From: Candidatus Hydrogenedentota bacterium
GTDB lineage: Bacteria; Hydrogenedentota; Hydrogenedentia; Hydrogenedentales; SLHB01
DNA: 64,000 bases
Direction: 5' to 3'
Assembly: GCA_045863335.1 (NCBI GenBank)
Contig: BTVY01000007.1
Coordinates: forward strand, 64,001 to 128,000
Below are positions 36,347 through 46,745 of the stretch, one piece after another. Under the pieces are notes generated by a model. The model was not told the origin of the DNA. It saw nothing but the letters and a program-made list of their open reading frames with translations, and did not search any database. The translations under genes were made by a program, and so were the position numbers. Numbering within the stretch: the first letter of the stretch is position 1; every line of letters begins with the position of its first letter.

Positions 36347-38659
36347 CGCGCGCAGCTCGGTCATGAGTTCGCGAATCGTCTGGTAGCGGTCTTCCGGCTT
36401 CTTGGCAATCGCTTTCGTCACAATCGCGTCCAGTTCAGGGGAAACTCCTTCGACGGTCTGGCCGGGGGGCGGCGGCATCTCGTTGAGCTGCCGTTCCAGC
36501 ACGTTCTCGCCAAGAAATGCCGTCTCGCCGGTCAAGCACTCGTGGAGAACCAATCCCAGCGAATACACGTCGCTCCGCGCATCTGCGTCCTTGCCCAGCA
36601 CTTGTTCGGGCGACATGTAGCTCGGCGTACCCATGACGACGCCGGTGCGGGTCATGCGGGAGTCCTCCGCCTTGGCAAGCCCGAAGTCGGTCAGCTTCAC
36701 GAGACCGCCTTTGGCGAGGAGAATGTTGTCCGGCTTAATGTCACGATGAACGATGCCGGCTTCGTGTATGGCCGCCAGCGCGCTGCAAGCCTGCACGATG
36801 ACATTTGCCGCTTCCTTGGGCTTCAGTTTGCCGCGCTGGCTGAGGTACTTGTGCAGGCTGGGCCCGTCGATGTACTCCATGGCGATGTATGCCTTGCCCA
36901 CGCTCGCGCTGATATCGTAGATGCTGATGATGTTCGGGTGGGCGATCTTTGCCGCCGTGCGCGCTTCCCGCACGAATCGTTCGCGGTACTCTTCGGAACT
37001 GTCTATCAGACTGCCGAGAAACTTCAACGCGACGGGTCGATCGAGCTGACTGTCCCGCGCAAGATACACGACTCCCATACCGCCGCGGCCCAACTCCCGT
37101 TCGAGGGTATAGCGCCCGCCCAGGGTGGACTCAACGGATTCCATGACGCGTGTGGCGGCGGCCGATCCCTCCACGCCCACGGTTGGAGCGCTGGTCGACA
37201 TGCCGCCCGGACTGGCGAGGTGGTGGGACGCGTGAGCGCTCATCGAGATTCGGGAAGAGATATTCGAGATGCGGTCCGACACGTCGCGGAATCCCACGTT
37301 GACGGTGCGAATCTTGTAGAGGATTTCTCGTGACTCATCCAGCTTACCAAGCTGTTCGTACGCGAGGGCGAGCATGTAGAAATAGTCCACGTTCTGGGAA
37401 TCGACGCGCTTGCCCGTGAGGTGGTTGTCCAACGCGGCGGCGCAGTGGGCGTAATCGCGCAGCTCGTAGAAACTACGCCCAAGCAAGGCGCGCGACTGAT
37501 CGAAGTTCGGATGGTTATCCGGGACCCGCTGCAGCACCTTGATCGCCTGCTCGAAGCGCGCCGCGTGTGCGTACGAAACCCCGGCGCGATAAAATTCTCC
37601 GGCCCGCTCAAAGCATTCGGCCGATCGAACCGCGTCGGCCGCTTTGGCCCACATTTCGCCCGCGTTGAGGAAGTCGCCGGCCTGCGCGTAGGCCGCCGCA
37701 GACTCTTTCCAATTTCCTTTCATCTGGTGGTACCGGCCCACGATGCGCGCGGCATCCTTATCTTTCCCCGCCTGCTTCATGCATTGGGCCGCTTCCTCGA
37801 GCTTGCCCGCGAGGAGGTATACCTCGCCCGCCTGCGAAAGATCGCCGCCCTCTTTGAACAGGGCGGCCGCCTGGTCATACCGCTTGGCCAGCTTCAGGCG
37901 CGCGGCGATCGCGGGCAGCAGCGCGTTGCGCTTGTCGGTGGGTACTTTCGACTTGCCGGGTTCCGTGCTCAGCATCTTGTAGCACTCATCGGCCGCGGCG
38001 ACTTGGGCATCGACCGCGTCGGGGGGATTGGCAAAGTACGTCGCGTAGACGTCGGCCGCCTCGCCAAAGTTTTTCGCCGCAGCGAAAGACGCCGCGGCGA
38101 GCGCGTTATTGCCTCCTCGCACGTAGGCCTTGGCGGCGTCCACGTGTTTACCAGACTCGCTGAAGAGTCGCGCGGCGTTGCTGAAATCCCGTTCCTTGAG
38201 CAGAAGCTTGGCCGCCTTTCGCTTGTTGCCGGCCTTAGCCAGTTCCATGGCGGACGCGCGGTTACGTCCCGCCTTGCGCAGGAGTTTCGCCGCTTCCTTG
38301 TGGCGGCCTGCCGACGCGTAGAGTTCGCCGGCCCCAGCGTAATCGCGCGCCTTCTTCAATCGCGCGGCCGTCTCATCCAAATCTTCACCGGGTTTAAGGC
38401 GTACGGTGGGCTCTCCCTGTTGGGCAGCTTCCAAAGCACGCACCTCGTCCGGATCGACGAGGAGGCTGTCCCGCCCCCGGTGGCGAATGAACGAGCGGAT
38501 CTTACCGATTGCGGAGAGAATGATGTACAGGGCCAGGAGCGCGAGGATGAGTTTCGCGAAAAAGACGATGAGCGGTGAGAGTTCTATTCCGGTAAACCGC
38601 TGAAAAAGCGCGATGGGGACATTCAGAAGCGTGTTCCAAAGATAGGAGAGAAAGCCCAT
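36335..38659 (-). CDS. Ser/Thr protein kinase with N-terminal TM and SNAP/TPR-like helical repeats
   Basis: C-terminal Hanks kinase: LGRGGMGVV, VALK, HRDIKPDN, DFG, GTPSYMSPE; recurring AA..Y..AG repeats upstream. Confidence 0.92.
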   Translation of the reverse strand: MGFLSYLWNTLLNVPIALFQRFTGIELSPLIVFFAKLILALLALYIILSAIGKIRSFIRHRGRDSLLVDPDEVRALEAAQQGEPTVRLKPGEDLDETAARLKKARDYAGAGELYASAGRHKEAAKLLRKAGRNRASAMELAKAGNKRKAAKLLLKERDFSNAARLFSESGKHVDAAKAYVRGGNNALAAASFAAAKNFGEAADVYATYFANPPDAVDAQVAAADECYKMLSTEPGKSKVPTDKRNALLPAIAARLKLAKRYDQAAALFKEGGDLSQAGEVYLLAGKLEEAAQCMKQAGKDKDAARIVGRYHQMKGNWKESAAAYAQAGDFLNAGEMWAKAADAVRSAECFERAGEFYRAGVSYAHAARFEQAIKVLQRVPDNHPNFDQSRALLGRSFYELRDYAHCAAALDNHLTGKRVDSQNVDYFYMLALAYEQLGKLDESREILYKIRTVNVGFRDVSDRISNISSRISMSAHASHHLASPGGMSTSAPTVGVEGSAAATRVMESVESTLGGRYTLERELGRGGMGVVYLARDSQLDRPVALKFLGSLIDSSEEYRERFVREARTAAKIAHPNIISIYDISASVGKAYIAMEYIDGPSLHKYLSQRGKLKPKEAANVIVQACSALAAIHEAGIVHRDIKPDNILLAKGGLVKLTDFGLAKAEDSRMTRTGVVMGTPSYMSPEQVLGKDADARSDVYSLGLVLHECLTGETAFLGENVLERQLNEMPPPPGQTVEGVSPELDAIVTKAIAKKPEDRYQTIRELMTELRALNL

Positions 38660-38740
38660 GTAACATTCCCCGTTGTGACTGAGCAACCGGCCTTGCGCAC
38701 ATATACTACGTCATGGACCTGCGAGCAACAACTTTAACAC

Positions 38741-41065
38741 TCAGCCGGCCATTGCGTCGCTTTCGGAGGTCTCCATGCGAAGCAAGTCGAATCGCGGATC
38801 GTTCTTCAGGCGACGCCAGACGCGAATGGGGTTGATGGCAACAGCCACGCCAAGTTCCTCACGGGCTGCGGCCAGTTCTCCAAGCTGGGTAAGCACGGCG
38901 GCGCTTTCGCAGAGCGCTTCCACGTCTCCTCGAGCCACATGCGCTTCCCGCGCAATCCGGTAACCGTCGGCGAGGACCTGCAATTCTTCAAATTCCCACA
39001 AGTCCTCGATTAGCCGCTTCTGCACGTTCGGGTTTGCCGCGGGCAACTCACCGCCCATGCTGGAAACGAAGGCCTCCGCCAGGGCGTTCCGGGTCAAGTC
39101 CTCCTGGATGGCATCGCCCAAGTCGCCCACAGGGTCTGGGCCGGGCATATTGAGAAGGTATTGCTCCACATAGACAATGGCTTGCTCGCGGTCGCCAGCC
39201 CGAGCCGCTGCGCGGGCGGACGCCAGCCAGGGCACCGCGTCGTCCCCCCGAATTCGGCGCGCCAGTTCGGCGGTGTGCGTGGCGGTGCGTATGTCGCCTT
39301 GACGCCGGGAAGCCTCGGACAAAGGCAGCAGCATGGCGGCAACGGTTTGACGAAGTTCAGCATTCCCGGCTGAGTCGTCGAGATCACCGGCATAGTCATC
39401 GATGCGGTCCAGGGAGTGCCGTTGAACCATACCATCCCTGGGAAAAACGAGGACGACCCCGTTTCGCTGCACGCGCGCGGTCAGCCAGGGCGCGGAAACT
39501 CCAACGAAGGCGAACGGGCGTTTGGAAAAATTGTCGCACATCAATTCCCAGATGGCAAGATCGCGCAGATCGCTGCGCGATCCGGCGGAATGGTTCAGCG
39601 CGGCAAGCGCTTGGGGCCGCTCCATGGCCCAACGGTTTAGCGCGTCGATCGGTGGGAAAACCGAATCGATGTTCAACTTCGCGCCCGCGATGGCGTTCAG
39701 CCGGCTCCGATGGCGGGGAGAACTGAGCGCGTCGGCGGAAACAATCGTCACATCGGGCCGAATGGCGCGAGTGACTTGTACGGTTTCGATCAACGTATGG
39801 ATGCGCGCGTCTCCGGTGATCAGGACCGACTCGGGGGGGCAGTCGGCAAGAACCGCCTCGGCGAGGGCGCTCGTGGTTTCCGGGGATTCCGGGGTATAGC
39901 GAGTCCATTGCAGTGCGATGAGTGCCAATCCGAGCACCGCCACGATTCCGACGCGGCGCGGCAGTTGTGCTTCTTTTGGCAAGAGTATCCGCGCCATTCC
40001 AACCAGCCCCCACGCAGCAAAAAGGGCCACGCTCGCCGCGACCATGGCTTGGGCGGCGGACGAATCGGTAAGGACGACCGGGGTTCTCTTTTGATTGGTC
40101 AGTGCCGGGAGAAAGGGGCCCATGGCGAGAAACACGAACGTCCACCCAAGCGCCAGACCGACATGGCGCTGGCCAATTGCGACGATTAAGCCGACCAACG
40201 AAACGGCGAGAATGGGCCATACGAACTCGTCGTTGAGGCGGGCTAGAAAGCCGAATGCAGGCGTTCCGTCGCCAAGAGTTGGATACGGCGTGGCGAGTGC
40301 ATGGGCCAGGAATTCAGCGCGTCCTTCGCCGGCGACCAGGGAATTCCATATTGGCAGTCCGGCTCCTGCGACGAAGCCCACCGCATAGGTAAGGATGATG
40401 ACCCAAGCAGAAGAACGCGCCGCGGCGGAGTGAATCGCCAGTACGGCGAGGATAAGACCGGCAACGCCGAAAACGGGGTCGTTTGCGGACGCGAGTCCGA
40501 TGAGCAACGCGGCCACAAAGAGTGCCGGCAACCGCAGTGGACGAGCGGGCCGGCAGACCACAAAAAACGCCGTCAATGCCAGTGCAACGGTGATTGTGGC
40601 GGGAGAAAAGCCAGTCAGTGTCGTGCGCCATACGGTAGCGCATGAGAATAGCAGCCCCGCCACGCAGCCGCAGAGGACCCGCTCCAGGGAAGGCATGCGC
40701 TCCGCGGTGAGGTTCACGGTTAACGACGCCACCAAGGCGGCAGATAGCGCCCCCAGAAGGAGATTCACGGTGTGCAAGAGATCGAGGAGAGTACCCGGTG
40801 CGAGCGCGCGGCATGTTTCTGCCATCCAGGTGCTGAGGAGTGGGCGGTCATAGACTCCGTGGCCCGGTGCCGCCCAGCCTTGCCACACCCCGGCCGCAAT
40901 TCCACGGTCGTGATGCCAGAAGAGCATGCCTGCGACAGCGGCGAAAACGAGCACCCCTGCCCTGAACGGAAGTCGCCACGCGCGGTCGACGCTGGACAAA
41001 TCCTCGACGTGGCCCGGATGGTCCGGAAGAGTGGACAAGTCCGGCGGTTGTTCCAGGTTGTTCAT
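38741..41065 (-). CDS. DUF2723/TMEM260-like GT-C membrane protein with TPR-like tail (divergent)
   Basis: About 11 TM helices, then LADCPPESVLITGD...VQVTRAIRPDVTIV resembling the DUF2723 periplasmic motif. Confidence 0.62.
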   Translation of the reverse strand: MNNLEQPPDLSTLPDHPGHVEDLSSVDRAWRLPFRAGVLVFAAVAGMLFWHHDRGIAAGVWQGWAAPGHGVYDRPLLSTWMAETCRALAPGTLLDLLHTVNLLLGALSAALVASLTVNLTAERMPSLERVLCGCVAGLLFSCATVWRTTLTGFSPATITVALALTAFFVVCRPARPLRLPALFVAALLIGLASANDPVFGVAGLILAVLAIHSAAARSSAWVIILTYAVGFVAGAGLPIWNSLVAGEGRAEFLAHALATPYPTLGDGTPAFGFLARLNDEFVWPILAVSLVGLIVAIGQRHVGLALGWTFVFLAMGPFLPALTNQKRTPVVLTDSSAAQAMVAASVALFAAWGLVGMARILLPKEAQLPRRVGIVAVLGLALIALQWTRYTPESPETTSALAEAVLADCPPESVLITGDARIHTLIETVQVTRAIRPDVTIVSADALSSPRHRSRLNAIAGAKLNIDSVFPPIDALNRWAMERPQALAALNHSAGSRSDLRDLAIWELMCDNFSKRPFAFVGVSAPWLTARVQRNGVVLVFPRDGMVQRHSLDRIDDYAGDLDDSAGNAELRQTVAAMLLPLSEASRRQGDIRTATHTAELARRIRGDDAVPWLASARAAARAGDREQAIVYVEQYLLNMPGPDPVGDLGDAIQEDLTRNALAEAFVSSMGGELPAANPNVQKRLIEDLWEFEELQVLADGYRIAREAHVARGDVEALCESAAVLTQLGELAAAREELGVAVAINPIRVWRRLKNDPRFDLLRMETSESDAMAG

Positions 41066-41188
41066 CGAATCGTCAACACCCGCTGTATATGGCGCATACC
41101 GCCCTGGGAATGGTCTTCGTGCTGGTGGCGCAGTGGCAATGCGTCCCGAATGACCGAACGCCCCGTTGCCTTGGGAAACGGTAGAATC

Positions 41189-42241
41189 CTACAAGGAAGG
41201 AACAGGTGTCAACTGATCGGTCTCGCTGTAGCACAGATTCTCGAGGGCCGCGAGCACCAGACTTGCCGACCGATCCCAAGAAGCTCCGTCGGCACGTTCG
41301 CGCGCCTGCCTCGCCAAGCGGCGCCGAACGATTTCATCCCGAAACAAGGCGTCCAAAACCTCGGCCAGATGCATCGAATCGCGCGACCGGTGCAAAACCC
41401 CGGTCTCGCCCGCTCGTACGACCTCCCGGCCCTCGGCGGTGTCGGGGCAGACGACGGGAATTCCCAGGTTGGCAAAATCAAGCGCACGCCACTCGCATCC
41501 TTCGCCGCAGTACGCGACCCAGGCGCGTTCCATGTCGTCGATCGGCATCTCATCGGCGCGGACTGGCCCGAGCCAGTGAATACCCTTGGGAAATCCGCGC
41601 GTGGGTCCAACGACCGTGCATTTGAGCGAATTCACTTGCCGGCCGGTGAGTCTGCGTAGGGCGCGCGACAATGGCTGCGCGCCATTCACAAACGCAGCAA
41701 GGGAAGGAGTCTCCGCGGGAGCAATCGGGACACGGTCCGGGTATTCCGTGCATCCAAAGGGCGCCCGGATGATGTGGCGGCTGGGTACCCCCGCCTCGAG
41801 CAATTCCCGCCACGCGAGTTCGGTGGGTGCGACGATTGGGCCGTCCAATGCCCGAAGGCCGGGCGAGAGCTGAAATACTATCGGTACCAGTGGCGTCTTC
41901 GTGTATTTGGCGACGGGGAACGGCCGCCCCGTCACGCAATCCACGATAACGTCGAATTGGCGCAGAACTCCATCCGGGCCCGTCATCCGCGAGAAAAACA
42001 AGCCCGTCATGGCGCGGTAGAGCGCCTTTGCACCGAGACGGGCGATCTGGATGCCGTCCACTTGCTCCAAGGTCTGGCTCTGTGGATGAACCAGGGGTAT
42101 TCCGCCATGGTTCTGGCACAGCCACGCCACGTAATTGCCTTCGGCGGCAACGCGGCGGAACACCTCGTAGACGTATCGTTCGACGCCCGTTGCGCGAGGG
42201 TGTTGCCAATCGCGCGCACACAGGACCAATATCCGAAGCAT
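41189..42241 (-). CDS. Glycosyltransferase family 4-like (divergent)
   Basis: RDWQHPRATGVERY N-terminal motif, GIPVV..D..G.RE.V..GETG, WD..A; ExxxxxxxE motif altered. Confidence 0.78.
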   Translation of the reverse strand: MLRILVLCARDWQHPRATGVERYVYEVFRRVAAEGNYVAWLCQNHGGIPLVHPQSQTLEQVDGIQIARLGAKALYRAMTGLFFSRMTGPDGVLRQFDVIVDCVTGRPFPVAKYTKTPLVPIVFQLSPGLRALDGPIVAPTELAWRELLEAGVPSRHIIRAPFGCTEYPDRVPIAPAETPSLAAFVNGAQPLSRALRRLTGRQVNSLKCTVVGPTRGFPKGIHWLGPVRADEMPIDDMERAWVAYCGEGCEWRALDFANLGIPVVCPDTAEGREVVRAGETGVLHRSRDSMHLAEVLDALFRDEIVRRRLARQARERADGASWDRSASLVLAALENLCYSETDQLTPVPSL

Positions 42242-42603
42242 GATGAATACCCTTGAACTGGCCGGAAGAGTGAGGTTACCTGCGCTCTCCAATCCCAGTC
42301 TGTCCCATTAATTGTGTCAGGATACGGCCGATTTTGGCAACGTCCGGGACGAAGTTTTTGTGGGAACGGAGGATCTCTACGGTTGATTCTGGGGCGAATC
42401 CCGTGCAAAATACGTTCGCCGACAAGTATTTACCTCTACGTGCGCGAACACGCGAGGCTGAGGTTTCCACGAATGGGCTGGGGGAACGGCGGAGCAGCCT
42501 ACGGGCGAGTTGGCGGGTGCGCGATGTTGCGCAATGCGACGCGGGGTTGTGTTACTGTACGAGAATGTCGTTCACTGCGGCCGAACGGAAGGTAGATTAG
42601 CGT

Positions 42604-43329
42604 TTGCGATACGCGATCATATCAGATCTGCATGCCAACCTCGAAGCGGTAGAAGCGGTGCTGCAACGAATTGCACAACATCGGGTCGACCAAATTGTTT
42701 GTCTGGGCGATGTGGTTGGCTACAATGCCAGCCCAAACGAATGTGTCGATCGTGTCCGCGAAGCGGGTATCCCCACGATTTGTGGCAATCACGACGCCGT
42801 GGCTTGCGGTATCGAGGAACCCTGGGGGTTCAATCCGGTTGCCCTCCATGCGGCACTGTGGACTCGGGAACAATTGACGGAAGACAACCTCGCGTGGATC
42901 AAACACCTCCCCGACAACATTCGCTTCGACCATTTTCTTGCGACCCACGGATCCCCAAGCGACCGCGACTGCTATCTCTTTACGTGGGAGGATGTCGTAC
43001 CGCATCTGTCCTATGTGGAGGATCTCGATTACGATCTGTGCTTTTTCGGCCACACCCATAGCCCGGGCATTTTCTCGGCAGACGGCCTGTATACGGTCGA
43101 CGACAATTCCCGGTTTGCGTTGGGCGAGGGCAAGACGTTCTTCATCAATCCGGGTTCGGTAGGACAACCTCGGGACGGTGACCCGCGGGCGGCCTTCGGC
43201 ATTTTCGATACCGACAAGAATGAGTATGAACATGTCCGCGTGGACTACGACATCCGAAAAGCCGCCGACCGGGTTGTCGAAGCGGGACTCCCCCCGTTCC
43301 TGGGTGAACGTCTGTTCTTGGGCCGGTAG
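42604..43329 (+). CDS. Metallophosphoesterase (calcineurin-like, YfcE/MJ0912 type)
   Basis: SDLHAN, LGDVVGY, GNHD, HGSP, GHTH, NPGSVGQPRDGDPRA. Confidence 0.93.
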   Translation: MRYAIISDLHANLEAVEAVLQRIAQHRVDQIVCLGDVVGYNASPNECVDRVREAGIPTICGNHDAVACGIEEPWGFNPVALHAALWTREQLTEDNLAWIKHLPDNIRFDHFLATHGSPSDRDCYLFTWEDVVPHLSYVEDLDYDLCFFGHTHSPGIFSADGLYTVDDNSRFALGEGKTFFINPGSVGQPRDGDPRAAFGIFDTDKNEYEHVRVDYDIRKAADRVVEAGLPPFLGERLFLGR

Positions 43330-43404
43330 GCATAGACCTCGGTATCAGGGGTCCAGGACGACGCCGCGGAACGCGGCGGCATCGTTGAAAGAAGGAGTTG
43401 CCAA

Positions 43405-43995
43405 GTGCGAACAAGCGAGGTCGTACGCGACACGAATGAGACGAAGATTCGCGTGGCCGTTGCGCTAGACGGAACGGGCGCGTCAGATTTGGAAACGGGG
43501 ATCGGGTTCTTCGACCACATGTTGAACCATGTGGCCCGGCACGGGCTATTCGACCTCACCGTGAAAGCCAAAGGTGACCTCGAGATCGACGGGCACCACA
43601 CGGTCGAGGACGTGGGGATCAGCCTCGGAAAAGCGTTCCTGCAGGCATTGGGCGACATGAAGGGCATCGCGCGCTTCGGTCATGCGGTTATTCCCATGGA
43701 CGAGGTGTTGGCCGAAGTCGCCATCGATTTCAGCGGGCGCCCATTCTTGTCGTTCCAGGCGGACTTGCCGCGGGGGCGCGTCGGGGAGTTTGATTCGGAA
43801 CTGACGGAAGAGTTCTTCCGCGCATTCGCAGTCAACAGCCGCAGCACGCTGCATATCGTCCTTCGCCGGGGCGGCAACCTTCACCACTGCATCGAAGGGA
43901 TATTCAAGGCCTTCGCACGCGCCCTGGATCGCGCCACTCAACTCGACCTCCGAATTGAGGGGGTGCCGTCGACCAAGGGCATGTTGGAAACCTGA
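43405..43995 (+). CDS. hisB: Imidazoleglycerol-phosphate dehydratase
   Basis: R.T.ET, TGIGFFDHML, D.HHTVED, PMDE, N.HH..E..FKAF, PSTKG. Confidence 0.96.
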   Translation: MRTSEVVRDTNETKIRVAVALDGTGASDLETGIGFFDHMLNHVARHGLFDLTVKAKGDLEIDGHHTVEDVGISLGKAFLQALGDMKGIARFGHAVIPMDEVLAEVAIDFSGRPFLSFQADLPRGRVGEFDSELTEEFFRAFAVNSRSTLHIVLRRGGNLHHCIEGIFKAFARALDRATQLDLRIEGVPSTKGMLET

Positions 43996-44025
43996 CGTGG
44001 GCGACGGCGCGGGGCGTGACTTCGC

Positions 44026-44949
44026 ATGAATCGAGAATTCACGGCCGGCGTGTCGCCGGAACGCGGCGAGAACGCGGATAGCGCACCATATTCCCCCACG
44101 GACGATTGCGTCGGCGTGTTGATCGTCAACCGCAACAAGCGGGACTATCTTCTGCGCGCGCTTGAGCATGTCTTCGCCTCCACGCACCCACACCTCAAGG
44201 TCGTTGTGGCCGATGACCATTCAGTCGACGATTCGGTCGCCGCGGTTCGCGAGCGGCACCCGGATGTGCATGTCATAGTGACACACGAACGGCGGGGTGC
44301 GCCCGGCATTCGAAACGACGGGATTCAACCTTTGCTGGAGGATTCGTCCGTCCGCTTCGTGGTGTTCCTGGACAATGATGCGTTCGTCGATCCCGGTGCT
44401 ATTTCCGCGATGATGGAGGCCGCAAACCGCGACCCCTCGATTGGAATCGTCGCACCAAAGGCTTTCCGCAATCGATCGGAGCGAATCCTGTATTCCGCCG
44501 GCGAACTTCGCGTCAATTTCTGCACCGGGACCGTGCGTGATGTGGGCGCCGGAGAGGTGGACAAAGGCCAGCACGACGTGGCCCGTGCCATTCAAGCCTG
44601 CGCTTCGTTCGCCATGCTGGTGCGCCGGGAGGTTATCGAGGTTTGCGACGGATTCGATGAAGCCTTCTATCCCTATGGATGGGAGGATGTGGACTTCACG
44701 CTGCGCGCGCGACAGCACGGGTACACGATATGGTACGCTCCGGCCGCGACGGTGGAGCACCTCGGTGGAAAGATGGGGCGCGGTCTGGTACTTGACTACG
44801 AAATCGCGAAGGCAAGAAACCTCTTCCGGCTCATGGCCCGCCACGCCTCGTGGCTGCAGTGGGTTAGCTTCCTTATTGTCCTGCCATGGCGCGCAGCGCT
44901 CATGGTCCTTTCACGAATCCTTGGCCGTGTTATGATAGGGTCCAGGTAG
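44026..44949 (+). CDS. Glycosyltransferase family 2
   Basis: VVADDHSVDDS, FLDND, GFDEAFY..WEDVDF. Confidence 0.92.
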   Translation: MNREFTAGVSPERGENADSAPYSPTDDCVGVLIVNRNKRDYLLRALEHVFASTHPHLKVVVADDHSVDDSVAAVRERHPDVHVIVTHERRGAPGIRNDGIQPLLEDSSVRFVVFLDNDAFVDPGAISAMMEAANRDPSIGIVAPKAFRNRSERILYSAGELRVNFCTGTVRDVGAGEVDKGQHDVARAIQACASFAMLVRREVIEVCDGFDEAFYPYGWEDVDFTLRARQHGYTIWYAPAATVEHLGGKMGRGLVLDYEIAKARNLFRLMARHASWLQWVSFLIVLPWRAALMVLSRILGRVMIGSR

Positions 44950-45018
44950 GCCGTTACTTAGCAGACACATCAGCCGGACCAAAATGGGCAATTGGGCCGG
45001 ACGTTGGGGAGAGTGACC

Positions 45019-46596
45019 ATGTCATTGCGCGTACTTGCGTTGTCCGTCGAGACAGCCAGCCCGGAAGCGATAGACCGCGGTTGTGCGGAAGGGTTCATGC
45101 CGAACCTGAGCGCGCTTCGCGAACGTGGCGCCTACGGCCCGCTGGAGAGTGTTTCAAACATCTCGAGCGGTTCCATTTGGCCTTCCATGTATACGGGCTG
45201 CATGCCGTCGAAACACGGCATCGCAAATTTTCATATGCATTTCGTGAACGGGACCTACCACATCGACCGGTACGGTCCCAACCAGGTGATGCGGCCCGCC
45301 GTGTGGGACCATCTGGCGAAAGCCGGAAAACGATCGGTCATCATGGACGTTCCATTAACGCGACCGCACCCCGGAATGAACGGAATCATGATCTCCGCGT
45401 GGGGAGTCGAAGGTCCCGCGTGGCGACGTCAGACGCACCCCTCCGAGTTGCTGAGGCAATTGGATCGCCAATTCGGACCCTATCCGCTGCCGAACGACGA
45501 TTACCGCCGAAGCATCCGCTCCACAGAGTTGGACAAGGTGCGCGAGCTACGTGACATCCTGTTCAATGGCATGCGCCTGAAAACCCGCGTGTTGAAACAC
45601 CTCATGAGAACCGAACCGTGGGATTTCGTTCTGGGCGTATTCTCAGAAACCCATTGGGCGGACCACGTCATGTATCACGTCATCGATCCGGCCCATCCGG
45701 ATTACCGTCCGGAGTTCAAGGATGAGTTCGGGAGTTTCTTCGAAGACTTGTTCGCCCTGCAGGACGCATGCATTGGCGAACTGATCGACGGTCTCGATGA
45801 CGACGTCATCGTGCTGGTGTTCTCGGGTTCGGGGGTCCGCCCCAGTTACTACGGAAATCACCTTCTGCCCGACGTGCTCGAGCGACTCGGGTACGGTTCT
45901 GGCCCGGGCGGCGCGCCGGAACCAGAGGAAAGTGCCGAGTCCACGAAATCCTGGAGTTACTATCGCATCCGGCAGATTCAAGATACCGTCTCCACTCCGG
46001 TCATCATGACCCTGAAGAAGCTCGCACCAACGCGCCTTTGGGAGAAGTGGACGCGGCGGCTGATTTTTGCCCGGGAACGCTGGGCCGATAGCCGGGCGTT
46101 CTGTCTTCCCAACGACTACTGCGGCAGCATTCGCATCAACCTCGAAGGGCGCGAGCCCAACGGCAAAGTGCGGAAAAACGAATACGACGCGGTCTGCGCC
46201 GAACTGACCAACGAAATGCTGGCGCTAGAGAATCCGGACACCGGCAGTCCCGCAGTGGAAGCGGTCTTGAAGATTCGCGAGTGCTGCCCCGGCGAGCACG
46301 CGGATCGCCTGCCCGATCTTTCTGTAGTCTGGTCGGACAAGCACCCCATTCGCGCACTGCGATCTCCGCGCGTGGGCACGGTGCGCGGAGAAAACCCCGA
46401 ACGCAGGCCCGGCGCCCACAGCAATGTCGGTTTCGTTACCGCGGCGGGACGCGGAGTCCGCGCCGGCGCACCGCTCGAAAACGCCCGGCTCATCGACCTC
46501 GCGCCTACAGTGCTTCACGCGATGGGGATCGAGCCAGGGGAGGAGATGGACGGCCGGCCGCTGCCCCTATGGGACCGGGTCGCAGTGCCGAATTGA
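45019..46596 (+). CDS. Alkaline phosphatase superfamily / type I phosphodiesterase-nucleotide pyrophosphatase
   Basis: MPNL..L...G, S...WPSMYTG..P..HG, IRINLEGREP.G, GAH, DLAPTVL. Confidence 0.85.
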   Translation: MSLRVLALSVETASPEAIDRGCAEGFMPNLSALRERGAYGPLESVSNISSGSIWPSMYTGCMPSKHGIANFHMHFVNGTYHIDRYGPNQVMRPAVWDHLAKAGKRSVIMDVPLTRPHPGMNGIMISAWGVEGPAWRRQTHPSELLRQLDRQFGPYPLPNDDYRRSIRSTELDKVRELRDILFNGMRLKTRVLKHLMRTEPWDFVLGVFSETHWADHVMYHVIDPAHPDYRPEFKDEFGSFFEDLFALQDACIGELIDGLDDDVIVLVFSGSGVRPSYYGNHLLPDVLERLGYGSGPGGAPEPEESAESTKSWSYYRIRQIQDTVSTPVIMTLKKLAPTRLWEKWTRRLIFARERWADSRAFCLPNDYCGSIRINLEGREPNGKVRKNEYDAVCAELTNEMLALENPDTGSPAVEAVLKIRECCPGEHADRLPDLSVVWSDKHPIRALRSPRVGTVRGENPERRPGAHSNVGFVTAAGRGVRAGAPLENARLIDLAPTVLHAMGIEPGEEMDGRPLPLWDRVAVPN

Positions 46597-46657
46597 TCCG
46601 GTTCGGGAATCGCTCCATTCGTCCGCTACGGCGTCGTAATCGAGCGCATACGACGGC

Positions 46658-46686
46658 GTGACAACCCCGTGTGCCTTCGTTATAAT
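46658..46686 (+). promoter_or_regulatory. Sigma70-type promoter of usp-HDOD
   Basis: GTGACA-17 nt-TATAAT. Confidence 0.7.
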
Positions 46687-46745
46687 AATCATTCGCAAGT
46701 GCGGTTAGACCGACGACCCGGGAAGGAGTTCAAGAGCGCCGTTTT

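Noticed and set aside
42440-42525. SRP-RNA-like GGAGCAGCC stretch upstream of the metallophosphoesterase
   Set aside because: It lacks the CAGG-CCGGAAGG-AGCA helix 8 arrangement.
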